From Acinetobacter wanghuae (GTDB taxonomy: Bacteria; Pseudomonadota; Gammaproteobacteria; Pseudomonadales; Moraxellaceae): 32,000 nt of DNA. Under the pieces are notes generated by a model that did no database searches, was not told the origin of the DNA, and saw only the letters and a program-made list of their open reading frames with translations. The stretch is taken from contig NZ_CP045650.1 of the NCBI RefSeq assembly GCF_009557235.1, forward strand, positions 450,001 through 482,000. Direction: 5' to 3'. Each line of letters begins with the position of its first letter. Position 1 is the stretch's first letter. A program made the position numbers and the translations under genes. Below, in pieces: positions 18,323 to 28,445 of this stretch.

Positions 18323-19660
18323 ATGAATTCCATTATCCAAATGGATTACCCAACAAACGATCAAAAACAACATCACGGTTTTTTTGATCTATACGATAGA
18401 AACAGCTTCAAACAACCGCCACGCACCACATGGATTGACGGTTGGAAAGTTGAGTATATGGCGATTGCTCGACCAGATACCTTACATCTCACGCCGATGG
18501 TGATTATTGGTGGGGCATTCCAAAACTTTAATTCCTATAAATATTGTGTTGAACAACTCTTTGATGCAGGTCCTATTATTCTGATTGATATGCCATCCAT
18601 GGGCGCCAATCAACAATTGACCAATGCCGACACGGGTATTTCAGCAGGCACACTTGAGCTTGAAGATTTAGCCTCGATGCTTGGGCAATGGATTTCCCAA
18701 ATGCAACTCCCGAAAGTGTCTGTTTTGGGCATGTCCTTGGGTTCTGTGGTGGCATCTTGTTTAGCAGATGAGCGTCCTGAACTCATTGATCGTATGATTT
18801 TAATGGGTGTGATGCAAAAAACCCGTAAGAGTTGGCGCATGCTGCTCGAAGAATCTATCGCGTTAATGAAAGAAGGGCGCATGGATGAGTTTGGTCAAGC
18901 GGTTATTTTATATTTGGTCAATCATGCGCGTTTAAAAGAAACCCGCATGTCTCCGACAGCAAAACGTTTGTTCTTTAAGCAAATGGCTGAGTTTTCCATG
19001 ACGGAGAAAGACCGTTATGAAGTGAACTGTAAACGCTTACTGCGCTTAACCAATGTGCCGATTCCCCAATGTAAAGTCTTGGTTGCTTGTGGACAATACG
19101 ACAGTTTCACTTTGCCACATGAGAATGCAAATTTCGCATTGCAATGCCCTGACATGCAATACGTACAAATTGCCAATGCTGATCATGTTCCGCAACTACA
19201 ACGCCGTAAAGAAACCATGCATTTATTTGCAACCTTCTTGCGTGGTAAAGATCTGAACCAAGTTGAGGGTGTGATTCCATTTACTCGTGAAGAAATGCAA
19301 CAGATCGAACGCCGTGGTGAAGAACGTATTCAGGTGAAAGATGTTCAGCGTTTCTTAAGTCATCGACATTCTGCATTGCAACTTCAAGCCAATATTGTAG
19401 ATATCAACTTCTTTGGTGTGTTGCTTGACATGAATGAAGGTGATGCAGAGCGGGCAGCAGAATTTCCACGTGACCTCGCTTTACATTTAGAAGATGAGCA
19501 GGGCGAGTTTAAAATTGAATGTTTGATCTTTGAACATGACGATCAACAGGTTCGCGCGTTGTTTAAACATGGTAGTTTCGAAATAGCTGAACGCTTAGGT
19601 CATTATATTGAACAACAAAAAGCGTTGATCACCGCAGACGCTTTTGATGCTGTCATTTAA
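18323..19660 (+). CDS. Alpha/beta-hydrolase fused to a C-terminal PilZ-like (c-di-GMP-binding) domain
   Basis: The N-terminal two thirds carry a GxSxG elbow (GMSLGS), an Asp (QYDSF) and a His (NADHVPQ). The C-terminal 120 aa or so carry RRGEER (RxxxR) and, 24 residues later, DINFFG, which is close to the D/NxSxxG motif. I prefer the start at ATG 18323, with GGAGG 8 nt upstream. The ORF track starts at 18308. Confidence 0.7.
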   Translation: MNSIIQMDYPTNDQKQHHGFFDLYDRNSFKQPPRTTWIDGWKVEYMAIARPDTLHLTPMVIIGGAFQNFNSYKYCVEQLFDAGPIILIDMPSMGANQQLTNADTGISAGTLELEDLASMLGQWISQMQLPKVSVLGMSLGSVVASCLADERPELIDRMILMGVMQKTRKSWRMLLEESIALMKEGRMDEFGQAVILYLVNHARLKETRMSPTAKRLFFKQMAEFSMTEKDRYEVNCKRLLRLTNVPIPQCKVLVACGQYDSFTLPHENANFALQCPDMQYVQIANADHVPQLQRRKETMHLFATFLRGKDLNQVEGVIPFTREEMQQIERRGEERIQVKDVQRFLSHRHSALQLQANIVDINFFGVLLDMNEGDAERAAEFPRDLALHLEDEQGEFKIECLIFEHDDQQVRALFKHGSFEIAERLGHYIEQQKALITADAFDAVI

Positions 19661-19668
19661 TTGAGTAT

Positions 19669-19700
19669 AAAAAAACAGCGTCATTTGACGCTGTTTTTTT
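19669..19700. terminator. Bidirectional terminator shared by convergent genes
   Basis: AAAAAAACAGCGTCATTTGACGCTGTTTTTTTT. The stem overlaps the last codons of the minus-strand methyltransferase gene. Confidence 0.8.
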
Positions 19701-20547
19701 TCACTGCATGAATCATCCACACCAAATCACCCAAATGTTCTTCTATATCCGTAGAAGATGGATTTGAGTGGTCTTTATTAAAATATTGCTTCGGCTGATT
19801 GACTTGAACGCTGTCAAAGCCCGCATGTTGAAAAAAGTTGGTTAATTGTTGCGGTGATTGAAAATGGAAAGTAAAAGCACTGCGCGACATAAATTTCAAT
19901 AATTTACTACAGGTCCAAATAAAATTCGCAAGGCGATTTCTGACAGGCTCAGGATAGATATCACTTAAATAATGCACTTCAGCAAAGTTTTCACTGTACT
20001 GTGTTATGCCTTTTAATAGGGTGTGTAGCATATCTTGGTTGAAATAATTGATCAGACCTTCACTGATCACCACCAAAGGCTTATTCGGATTGAATACAGA
20101 AAAAACCTGTGCCAATTCCGCTGTAAAAATATCAGCTGTTAATACCTCAGGTGCAGAGGCATCAATCATTTTTAATGCGGCTGTTTTGGTTTTTGCCATA
20201 TCGGGCAGATCTAATTCACGATAATTGAGATCAGGATGTTTTTGTCTGAAATTCCAACTGCGCGGTGAGAGACCACTGGCAATCTCTAACACTTGAATAT
20301 CAGGGTGTTGCTGAATTAATGTAGATAAATGATCATCGATCATTTGATGGCGTTGTTTTAGGGTGGTGCGCATACTACCACCGACATTTTTCTCCGCCCA
20401 TGACTCTAGTGGATGCACCAGTTTTGCCAAAAACTTACCTTTCGAGGTAGCAAATACGGGATGTGAAATGCCCATTTTGTACCAAATATAACCGGTATAA
20501 TGTGCAGTAAAAGATATATGGCGATGCTCTGAAAGGGGTTGTGTCAT
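19681..20547 (-). CDS. Class I SAM-dependent methyltransferase (leucine carboxyl / TcmP-like O-methyltransferase family)
   Basis: 288-aa ORF with a motif I-like VLEIASGLSP and an acidic ELDLPD about 20 residues later. An AGGA SD lies 4 nt upstream. The family call is from memory; no HMM was run. Confidence 0.7.
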   Translation of the reverse strand: MTQPLSEHRHISFTAHYTGYIWYKMGISHPVFATSKGKFLAKLVHPLESWAEKNVGGSMRTTLKQRHQMIDDHLSTLIQQHPDIQVLEIASGLSPRSWNFRQKHPDLNYRELDLPDMAKTKTAALKMIDASAPEVLTADIFTAELAQVFSVFNPNKPLVVISEGLINYFNQDMLHTLLKGITQYSENFAEVHYLSDIYPEPVRNRLANFIWTCSKLLKFMSRSAFTFHFQSPQQLTNFFQHAGFDSVQVNQPKQYFNKDHSNPSSTDIEEHLGDLVWMIHAVKKNSVK

Positions 20548-20600
20548 GTCATCCTGACCTTATTTTTATTGTGTCGATTGTATAAAAATACATCTTAATC

Positions 20601-20631
20601 AAAAAGGAACACCTTGTCGTGTTCCTTTTTT
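20601..20631 (-). terminator. Terminator of nagZ
   Basis: AAAAAGGAACACCTTGTCGTGTTCCTTTTTT: stem GGAACAC/GTGTTCC. Confidence 0.8.
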
Positions 20632-20652
20632 AAATTCGGCTTATTTTAAGGA

Positions 20653-21675
20653 TCAATTCGTCTGATTTTTAAAGGCAGAAACTTCATCCACAATGTGACG
20701 CCACTCATCACCTAAGTCTAAAATCTCGTTGATTTGAATGTTTGGAATATTGCCGCGCATCCGTTCAAGACGCTGTTGATTCGGTAGTGGTAAATCTGCA
20801 ATACCTTCAAGTGCCACACATTGTGCAGCTCGGTCATTACAGACTAAGCCCATGTCGCAACCAGCTTTAAGCGCAGCTTGAATACGCGCATCTGCGCCAC
20901 CCGCGACACATGCGGCTTGCATGCTTAAGTCATCTGAGAATAAAACGCCGTCAAAGCCCAGTTCTTGACGAAGTATTTTTTGAATCCAAAATTCTGAGAA
21001 ACCTGCAGGGTTCGGATCGACTTGATCGTAAATGACATGCGCTGGCATGAGAGCATCAAGCTGTGGTTGAAGTTGTACAAAGCTTTGCATGTCTTTTTGA
21101 CGAATTTCATCTAAAGAGCGCGAATCAATAGCAGCTGCGACATGGGAATCGGCTTTAACCGAGCCGTGACCCGGGAAATGTTTCCCTGTTGAGGCCATAC
21201 CTGCGCGTTTCATCCCGCTTAAAAAGGCACTTGCGAGTGGAATAATGTCGTCCATATTTTTAGCAAAACTACGATCGCCAATTACATCGCTGACATCATT
21301 TAAGTCCAAAACAGGCGCAAAGCTAAAGTCGATGCCGACAGCAAGCACTTCAGTTGCCATCAGCCAACCGCATTTTTCAGCTAACTCAAGCGCACGCTTC
21401 GATTCAGTTGTATATAGTTCGCCAAAACGTCCCATCGCAGGGAGTAAGGTGAAACCTGTTTTTAAGCGTTGTACCCGTCCACCTTCTTGATCGACTGCGA
21501 TTAAAATATCAGGTCGAAGTTGGCGCATATGATCGGTTAAGGCACGTACTTGGGCAGGTGATTCAATATTTCGAGCAAATAAAATCACGCCACCGACTTG
21601 CGGAGCGGACAAGAGTTGAATATCTTCTTGAGTCAGTGTTGTGCCAGCGATGTCGAGCATCAATGCGCCAATCAT
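20653..21675 (-). CDS. nagZ: Beta-N-acetylhexosaminidase (peptidoglycan recycling)
   Basis: 340-aa ORF containing MLDIAGTTLTQEDIQLLSAPQVGGVILFARN, DQEGGRVQR and KHFPGHG. These are GH3 NagZ motifs. Confidence 0.93.
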   Translation of the reverse strand: MIGALMLDIAGTTLTQEDIQLLSAPQVGGVILFARNIESPAQVRALTDHMRQLRPDILIAVDQEGGRVQRLKTGFTLLPAMGRFGELYTTESKRALELAEKCGWLMATEVLAVGIDFSFAPVLDLNDVSDVIGDRSFAKNMDDIIPLASAFLSGMKRAGMASTGKHFPGHGSVKADSHVAAAIDSRSLDEIRQKDMQSFVQLQPQLDALMPAHVIYDQVDPNPAGFSEFWIQKILRQELGFDGVLFSDDLSMQAACVAGGADARIQAALKAGCDMGLVCNDRAAQCVALEGIADLPLPNQQRLERMRGNIPNIQINEILDLGDEWRHIVDEVSAFKNQTN

Positions 21676-21875
21676 ATGCGGAATCCGAGTTTAAATTTTT
21701 CAGCAAAAACAATACCTGAATTTCGCAATGATTTGCTACACTTTATTAGCACAGAATATGATAAAACTACACGATATAAACATATTAAGTTGTTTAAGAT
21801 ATTGAATCCTTTCAATTCTGATCGAAAAACAACACAGTTAAATTGGTTTAGAGACCAAGGACGTACGAATTATTT

Positions 21876-24065
21876 ATGAAACTTCAAACGATAGCTTGTG
21901 CAGTTGCGCTTGCAACTGGCGGATTGTTCTTTACCCATATCGTCAATGATGCCATCGCAGCAGAAAAAGCGGCTGTGGTCAGCACCACGATTCAGCCATC
22001 AAAAGAACAAGCCTTAGTTTCTCGTCAGTTGGCAACGTTGGTCGATCGTCAGCATTATTTAAATCAACGCTTAGATGCAGCGACTTCACAACGTATTTTC
22101 GATTTTTATATTGACAGTCTAGATCCTGAACATAGCCTATTTTTAGCGCCTGAGCTTGAAAGTTATAAAAAGCGCTTTGCTGCTAATTTTGGTGCGAATC
22201 TAAAAGCAGGTGATTTATCAGGGTCGTTTGAGATTCATGCGCAATATCGTGATCGCTTGAAACAGTTCTACAGCTATATGTTGGCTGAGTTGAAAAAACC
22301 GCAGAATTTGAATCAACCGAATGTCTATATTGATACGGATCGTGAAAAGGCAGCATTCTTTAAAACCAGTGAAGAACAGCGGTCACATTGGAATAAAATG
22401 TTGGTCTCTCAGCTGATTAATCTTACGATTAGTAAAGAAGAAGAAGCAGCGAAACAAAAAGCCTTGAAGGACAATCCTGAGCTTGCCAATGGTCAAGATT
22501 TGGCAGGGCCAGAAGATTTAACCCCAGCACAGACCTTAACCAAGCGTTATACCCGTCAATTGGAACGTTTAAGTCGAATTAAGAGCGATGATGTTTTAGA
22601 CAAAACATTAAATGCAATGATGCTGACCTATGATCCACATAGTAACTATTTCCCACCTGTTGATGCGATGGAGCTGAATCGTCAAACGACCTTACAGCTA
22701 GAAGGCATTGGTGTATCTATTCGTCCTGAACGTGGCAATGAAGATTACACCAAGATTGAAACCATTGTTGAAGGTGGGCCTGCGAGTAAAACAGGTCAAG
22801 TGAAATCAGGTGATCGCATTATTGGTGTGGCACAAGATGGCGACAAAATGGTCGACGTGATTGGTTGGCCAAGCAATGAAATTGTCGGCTTAATCCGTGG
22901 TAAGCGTGGCACTAAAGTGACTGTTCGTCTTTTAGGTGCGGGTGCTGCAATCGGCCAAGCACGCAACGTCACTATTACTCGTGATGTGATTCAAGAAGAA
23001 GACGCGGGTGTACGTACCCGTACCGTTGACATTGAACGTGATGGTCAAAAATATAAATATGGTGTGATTGAAATTCCATCGTTCTATTTAAACTATCGTG
23101 CGCGTCGTGCAGGTACGGATTATCGTTCAGTGTCTGAAGATACCAACAAAGCATTGAAAGATTTATCTGCGCAAAATGTCGCGGGGATTATTGTCGATTT
23201 ACGCAATAACCCAGGGGGTTCACTTGAAGAAGTCGCGCGTATGCTTGGGCAAGTGATTAAATCAGGACCTGTGGTACAAATTCGTGACGGCAATGGTAAT
23301 GTTAGTGTCTTTGAAGATGATGATGGTGGCGCGCAAACCTATGCGGGTCCATTGGCGGTCATGATTAACCTCGCTTCAGCATCAGCAAGTGAGATTTATT
23401 CGGCTGCAATTCAAGATTATGAACGCGGTATCGTGATTGGTAGCACTACAACGGGTAAAGGTACAGCCCAAGTGCAACTCGATTCATTGGCGTATGGTCA
23501 AGCCACTTTAACCCAACGTAAATTCTACCGTGTGACGGGTGGCAGTACCCAAAATAAAGGCGTGATTCCAGACATTAAACTTGTTGATATTTACAATGAA
23601 GAGTTTGGTGAGCGTAAAGCCAAGAATGCTTTGAAGTGGGATACCATTCCAACCGCACCGTTTAAACGTGAAGGTGAGATTCAAAAATACGTACCGGATT
23701 TGATTAAATCATCAACAATGCGTGTAACGCTTGATCCACAGTTTAAATATTTGGAACAGCGCAAAAGTTTAGTCAAAAAAGCTGATGAAAAGAAACGTGT
23801 GGTTTTAGACTTAAATCAACGTAAAGCTGAATTGCTTGAGATTGAGAAGAAAACCCTTGAAGCCGAAAATGCACGTCGTCAAGCGACAGGCTTGAAACCG
23901 TATTCAAATTGGGAAAGTTATCAAGCATCGATGGACGCATTGATTGAATCACGCGCGAAAATGAAAGTGAAAGATCGTCCCGCATTACCAGAGGAAGAAG
24001 TGTTTGTAAAAGAGGCAGCGAATGTGCTGTTGGATTATACAAATCTTCAAACTAAGTCAAAATAA
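21876..24065 (+). CDS. prc: Tail-specific (C-terminal processing) protease, S41 family
   Basis: 729-aa ORF with a signal peptide, a PDZ region, a catalytic Ser context (LASASASEIYSAAIQDY) and a Lys context (TTGKGTAQ). Confidence 0.93.
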   Translation: MKLQTIACAVALATGGLFFTHIVNDAIAAEKAAVVSTTIQPSKEQALVSRQLATLVDRQHYLNQRLDAATSQRIFDFYIDSLDPEHSLFLAPELESYKKRFAANFGANLKAGDLSGSFEIHAQYRDRLKQFYSYMLAELKKPQNLNQPNVYIDTDREKAAFFKTSEEQRSHWNKMLVSQLINLTISKEEEAAKQKALKDNPELANGQDLAGPEDLTPAQTLTKRYTRQLERLSRIKSDDVLDKTLNAMMLTYDPHSNYFPPVDAMELNRQTTLQLEGIGVSIRPERGNEDYTKIETIVEGGPASKTGQVKSGDRIIGVAQDGDKMVDVIGWPSNEIVGLIRGKRGTKVTVRLLGAGAAIGQARNVTITRDVIQEEDAGVRTRTVDIERDGQKYKYGVIEIPSFYLNYRARRAGTDYRSVSEDTNKALKDLSAQNVAGIIVDLRNNPGGSLEEVARMLGQVIKSGPVVQIRDGNGNVSVFEDDDGGAQTYAGPLAVMINLASASASEIYSAAIQDYERGIVIGSTTTGKGTAQVQLDSLAYGQATLTQRKFYRVTGGSTQNKGVIPDIKLVDIYNEEFGERKAKNALKWDTIPTAPFKREGEIQKYVPDLIKSSTMRVTLDPQFKYLEQRKSLVKKADEKKRVVLDLNQRKAELLEIEKKTLEAENARRQATGLKPYSNWESYQASMDALIESRAKMKVKDRPALPEEEVFVKEAANVLLDYTNLQTKSK

Positions 24066-24091
24066 TCATCTAATTAGTTTTACTTTTAAAA

Positions 24092-24121
24092 AATCAGTCT
24101 ACTTCGATAGGCTGATTTTTT
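24092..24121 (+). terminator. Rho-independent terminator of prc
   Basis: AATCAGTCT pairs with AGGCTGATT (one G-U pair), followed by a T-run. Confidence 0.75.
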
Positions 24122-24499
24122 ATTATTTGTTTTATAACCGTAAATAAATCTTTATTTGTTCTTAAGGAAAGTGTTACCCACGTAGTACATCACACTAAAC
24201 ATGTGATCTACATCGAAGAATTGCGCATAACTGACAATTATTATGATTTGCTAAAATTTCAAAGATTCATAATATATAACAAGAAGATTGTACTTTTACT
24301 GAATGGCTTATAAATAGATGCCATAAGCGTTCAAGATAACTTCCTTTGGGTGTTTCAAAACGATTAATGCATAAATTGAAAGGTTAAGTAACATTCAAAA
24401 TTTGAGAAAGTGGCGACCTAAAAAGGACATGCTGGATACAGCAATAAAGCAGGATCAGTGCGGTTGGAATGAAAGTCAAAACCTATACGGAACATATTT

Positions 24500-26557
24500 A
24501 TGATTCATATCCACTATGATGTCGGTTGGGTGATAGGTTCAATTGTTGTTGCTTTGGTCGCTTGCTTTTTTGCAGTTTCCATCGAGCAAATGTTGTTCCG
24601 AGGTAATCGCCCCAAGTATGAAAAACTCATCTTGGTCATGAGTGGTGCCGTTTTAGGGCTTGCCATTTGGTGTATGCATTTTGTGGGCATGACCGCAAGT
24701 CATATGCCGACTGAATACCGGTTTGATGTGGGCTTAACGTTTACTTCTTATATTATTGCTTTTATTGCATCGACATTTGCTATTTGGTTAACCACACGTT
24801 CGACTTTGCCTTTTGCACGCCTTGTTCTAGGTGCGGTTTTAATGGGGCTTGGCATTTCGGGCATGCATTACACCGGCATGATGGGACTCATCATGCAAGA
24901 TCATGTTGTTAGCTATGATCCCATTATTACCACATGTTCAATTCTGATCGCGATTAGCGGGGCAGGTCTGACCTTTTGGATGGCATTTAAAAATCGCAAT
25001 CTGATTAGGCATGCCCTGACGGTGAGAATGGTTGTGGCATTAATGCTGACGTTGACCATTGCTGGTATGCACTATACCGGTATGGCAGCCATGCAATTCC
25101 AAGCCCTTGATCTTACACATGGGGTTTCACATACGGCAGGGAGTGATTTACTCTTTGCCGTAATTTTTATTAGCTGTCTTATTTTAGTCGCGGCCTTTAG
25201 TGTGGCTGTGCTTGAGCAGCGCTTAGAGCATCGCAATCGGCAGTTATCTAAAGCCAATAAAGAACTCGCTAATCTTGCTGTACAAGATAATCTCACCAAG
25301 TTGCCAAATCGCTTATATCTTGCAGAATACGCCCATTTTTTATTCGCAGATCATCGTTATAATCAAAATGAAATCGCATTTTTATATATTGATTTAGACC
25401 GATTTAAAGCGGTCAATGATGTCTTCGGGCATCATGTGGGAGATCAGCTCCTGATTCAGCTTGCTAACCGTATCCATGGCTTACTGAATGATGATTCGAA
25501 GTTACTGCGTATTGGTGGAGATGAATTTTTAATGGTGCTTGAAAAGGCATCTATTGAAAAAGCATCAGAACAGGCAGAAAAGATCTTGGAGATGATCCAA
25601 GAGGGTTTTTTAATCGCAGGAAAATCGATTAATATTTCTGGCAGTATTGGTATTGCCATGTATCCAGAACATGGCAGTAATGTGCAAGATTTAATGATTA
25701 ATGCGGATGCCGCCATGCTGACCTCAAAGCATCAAGGGCGTAATACTTATTCAGTGTTTAACTTTACTGAAGATCAGCATGAGTCTAAAAGCCAAACCAA
25801 ACTCATTAATGATTTATATAAAGCCGTGGAAGAACAACAATTTGTATTGTTCTATCAGCCAAAATTCTTAACTAAAAGTTTACAAAATTGTGGTGTGGAA
25901 GCACTGATTCGCTGGCGTCATCCGCTGTTAGGTTTACTCACGCCCAATATGTTTATTCGCGGTGCTGAAAAAACCGGTCTGATTATTCAAATGGGTTATT
26001 GGGCACTTGAACAAGCGTGTAAACAGATTCAAATTTGGGAGCGAGAAGGCGATGGTCTGTTCCCAATTGCGGTCAATTTATCTGCAGTCCAGTTTGAACA
26101 TAAGCATCTATTTAAAATCCTTGAAGATTTATTCGAGAAATACAAAATTGATCCGCAGCATTTAATGATTGAAATTACTGAATCGACGGCCATGCATCAT
26201 ATCGATTCAAGTGTTAAAACGCTGCAACGTTTACGAAGTATGGGTATTCAATTGGCGATTGATGACTTTGGAACAGGTCATTCGAGCTTCTTGTATTTAA
26301 AGAATTTACCTGTTGATGAACTCAAAATTGATAAAGAATTTATTGATGATTTAACTGTGGGTTCTAAAGAAGAAATGATTTTAGAAAGTATCATTCATCT
26401 TGCGATTAAACTTGGTCTTAAAGTCACCGCTGAAGGCGTTGAAACGCAGTTACAAGCCGATATTCTTACCCGTTTAGGCTGTCAGCAATTACAAGGATTT
26501 TTACTTGCACGTCCAATGCCAGTCGAACAGTTAGCAGAAAAACAACTGGTTTCTTAA
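24500..26557 (+). CDS. MHYT-domain membrane sensor with GGDEF and EAL domains (MucR/NbdA-like architecture)
   Basis: 685-aa ORF with three MHYT-type motifs in transmembrane helices (MHFVGM, MHYTGM twice). The GGDEF motif is intact (RIGGDEFL). The EAL (VEALIRW), EITES, DDFGTG, KIDKEF and EGVET motifs are present. I see no RxxD I-site 5 residues before GGDEF. Confidence 0.9.
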   Translation: MIHIHYDVGWVIGSIVVALVACFFAVSIEQMLFRGNRPKYEKLILVMSGAVLGLAIWCMHFVGMTASHMPTEYRFDVGLTFTSYIIAFIASTFAIWLTTRSTLPFARLVLGAVLMGLGISGMHYTGMMGLIMQDHVVSYDPIITTCSILIAISGAGLTFWMAFKNRNLIRHALTVRMVVALMLTLTIAGMHYTGMAAMQFQALDLTHGVSHTAGSDLLFAVIFISCLILVAAFSVAVLEQRLEHRNRQLSKANKELANLAVQDNLTKLPNRLYLAEYAHFLFADHRYNQNEIAFLYIDLDRFKAVNDVFGHHVGDQLLIQLANRIHGLLNDDSKLLRIGGDEFLMVLEKASIEKASEQAEKILEMIQEGFLIAGKSINISGSIGIAMYPEHGSNVQDLMINADAAMLTSKHQGRNTYSVFNFTEDQHESKSQTKLINDLYKAVEEQQFVLFYQPKFLTKSLQNCGVEALIRWRHPLLGLLTPNMFIRGAEKTGLIIQMGYWALEQACKQIQIWEREGDGLFPIAVNLSAVQFEHKHLFKILEDLFEKYKIDPQHLMIEITESTAMHHIDSSVKTLQRLRSMGIQLAIDDFGTGHSSFLYLKNLPVDELKIDKEFIDDLTVGSKEEMILESIIHLAIKLGLKVTAEGVETQLQADILTRLGCQQLQGFLLARPMPVEQLAEKQLVS

Positions 26558-26570
26558 TTGAAGCACGATA

Positions 26571-26601
26571 AAAAAACACAGGATCATCCTGTGTTTTTTT
26601 A
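26571..26601 (+). terminator. Rho-independent terminator
   Basis: ACACAGGA tca TCCTGTGT: an 8-bp stem followed by T7. Confidence 0.85.
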
Positions 26602-26785
26602 TGCATAAATATGACCTAATCACTGCTTAAAACGAGTAATTTATACAGGATGAAGTGATCTTTCCCTCTAAAATCTGGCATACCGATCTCTACATAATCA
26701 AACGCATATTTCTGCTACAATATCGCCAATTTTTAATATTGATCAATTTGATCTTTAGCACTGCGTGTCGCAGTAGGTAATTTGC

Positions 26786-28378
26786 ATGAGTTTTAAAGAT
26801 GAGTTAGCGGCGCAGGTCGCTCAGCGACGTACATTCGCCATTATTTCCCACCCCGATGCTGGTAAAACCACAATGACAGAAAAACTGTTGTTATGGGGGC
26901 AAGCGATTCAGGTTGCCGGCATGGTAAAAAGCCGTAAATCCGATCGTGCAGCCACTTCGGATTGGATGGAAATGGAAAAAGAGCGTGGGATCTCGATTAC
27001 TACGTCGGTCATGCAGTTCCCGTTTAAAGATCACATGATCAACTTACTTGATACCCCGGGACATGAAGATTTCTCGGAAGATACTTATCGCACATTGACG
27101 GCTGTCGATTCGGCCTTAATGGTGATTGATGGTGCAAAAGGTGTCGAAGATCGAACCATTAAATTGATGGAAGTGTGTCGTATGCGCGATACACCGATTA
27201 TCTCTTTCGTGAACAAAATGGACCGCGAAATCCGTGATCCACTAGAACTGCTCAGTGAAATTGAAAGCGTTCTCAAAATTCAATGTGTGCCGATTACATG
27301 GCCACTCGGTACAGGTCGTGACTTTGCGGGTGTATATAACCTGATCGAAGAAAAGCTTTATGTTTATAAAGCAGGTTTTGGTTCAACCATTACTGATATT
27401 GAAATTCGTGACGGCTACGACTATCCAGATATTCGTGAAAAAGTTGGCGATTTAGCTTTTGCTGCCTTTGAAGAATCGCTGGAATTGGTACAAATGGCCA
27501 ATGAACCGATTGACCGTGAGCTTTTCCTTGCAGGTAAACAGACCCCAGTTTTATTTGGTACTGCACTCGGTAACTTTGGTGTCGATCATGTACTTGATAC
27601 TTTTGTTGAATATGCGCCAAAACCTAAAGCACATCCAACCGCAGATCGTAAAGTTGAAGCAACCGAAGAAGGCTTTACCGGGTTTGTCTTTAAAATCCAA
27701 GCCAATATGGATCCGAAACACCGTGACCGTATCGCCTTTATGCGGATTTGTTCAGGTAAATATGAACGTGGCTTAAAAATGAAACACGTACGTCTAGATA
27801 AAGATGTGCGTATTAGTGATGCCTTAACCTTCTTAGCAGGCGATCGTCAGCATTTAGAAGAAGCATGGCCGGGTGATATTATTGGTTTGCATAACCACGG
27901 TACCATTCAAATTGGTGATACCTTCACCTCAGGTGAAAAACTGAATTTCACGGGTATTCCGCACTTTGCGCCAGAAATGTTCCGCCGTGTACGTTTAAAA
28001 GATCCACTCAAATCGAAACAATTGCAAAAAGGCTTGAAAGAACTTTCTGAAGAAGGCGCAACGCAAGTATTTATGCCGCAGCACAACAACGATTTGATTG
28101 TTGGTGCGGTTGGTGTGCTTCAGTTTGAAGTGGTTGCATATCGCTTGAAAGAAGAATACAAAGTCGATTGCGTGTATGAGCCAGTGAGCATTAATACAGT
28201 TCGTTGGGTGTCATGTGATGATGAGAAAAAATTCAACGAATTTAAGAAAAAAGCGCATGACCAATTGTCTGTCGACGGTGGTGGTCATCTGACTTATCTT
28301 GCGCCAAGCCGTGTCAACTTACAGCTCATGCAAGAACGTTATCCTGATATAGTGTTCCGTAGTACACGTGAACACTAA
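26786..28378 (+). CDS. prfC: Peptide chain release factor 3 (translational GTPase)
   Basis: 530-aa ORF with GTPase motifs G1 ([12 protein letters not shown]), G3 (DTPGHEDF) and G4 (NKMD). Confidence 0.97.
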   Translation: MSFKDELAAQVAQRRTFAIISHPDAGKTTMTEKLLLWGQAIQVAGMVKSRKSDRAATSDWMEMEKERGISITTSVMQFPFKDHMINLLDTPGHEDFSEDTYRTLTAVDSALMVIDGAKGVEDRTIKLMEVCRMRDTPIISFVNKMDREIRDPLELLSEIESVLKIQCVPITWPLGTGRDFAGVYNLIEEKLYVYKAGFGSTITDIEIRDGYDYPDIREKVGDLAFAAFEESLELVQMANEPIDRELFLAGKQTPVLFGTALGNFGVDHVLDTFVEYAPKPKAHPTADRKVEATEEGFTGFVFKIQANMDPKHRDRIAFMRICSGKYERGLKMKHVRLDKDVRISDALTFLAGDRQHLEEAWPGDIIGLHNHGTIQIGDTFTSGEKLNFTGIPHFAPEMFRRVRLKDPLKSKQLQKGLKELSEEGATQVFMPQHNNDLIVGAVGVLQFEVVAYRLKEEYKVDCVYEPVSINTVRWVSCDDEKKFNEFKKKAHDQLSVDGGGHLTYLAPSRVNLQLMQERYPDIVFRSTREH

Positions 28379-28401
28379 GTTCAAAATAAAATAAATATAA
28401 A

Positions 28402-28429
28402 ACAGCTTCTCAGGAGGCTGTTTTATTTT
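28402..28429 (+). terminator. Rho-independent terminator of prfC
   Basis: ACAGCTTC tcag GAGGCTGT (one G-U pair), then TTTTATTTT. Confidence 0.7.
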
Positions 28430-28445
28430 GTGCTACATTTAAACC

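Noticed and set aside
21598-21879. 93-aa plus-strand ORF spanning the nagZ 5' end and the nagZ-prc intergenic region
   Set aside because: It begins at a non-ATG codon antisense to nagZ and has no RBS. It ends by overlapping the prc start codon, and its product has no recognisable features.
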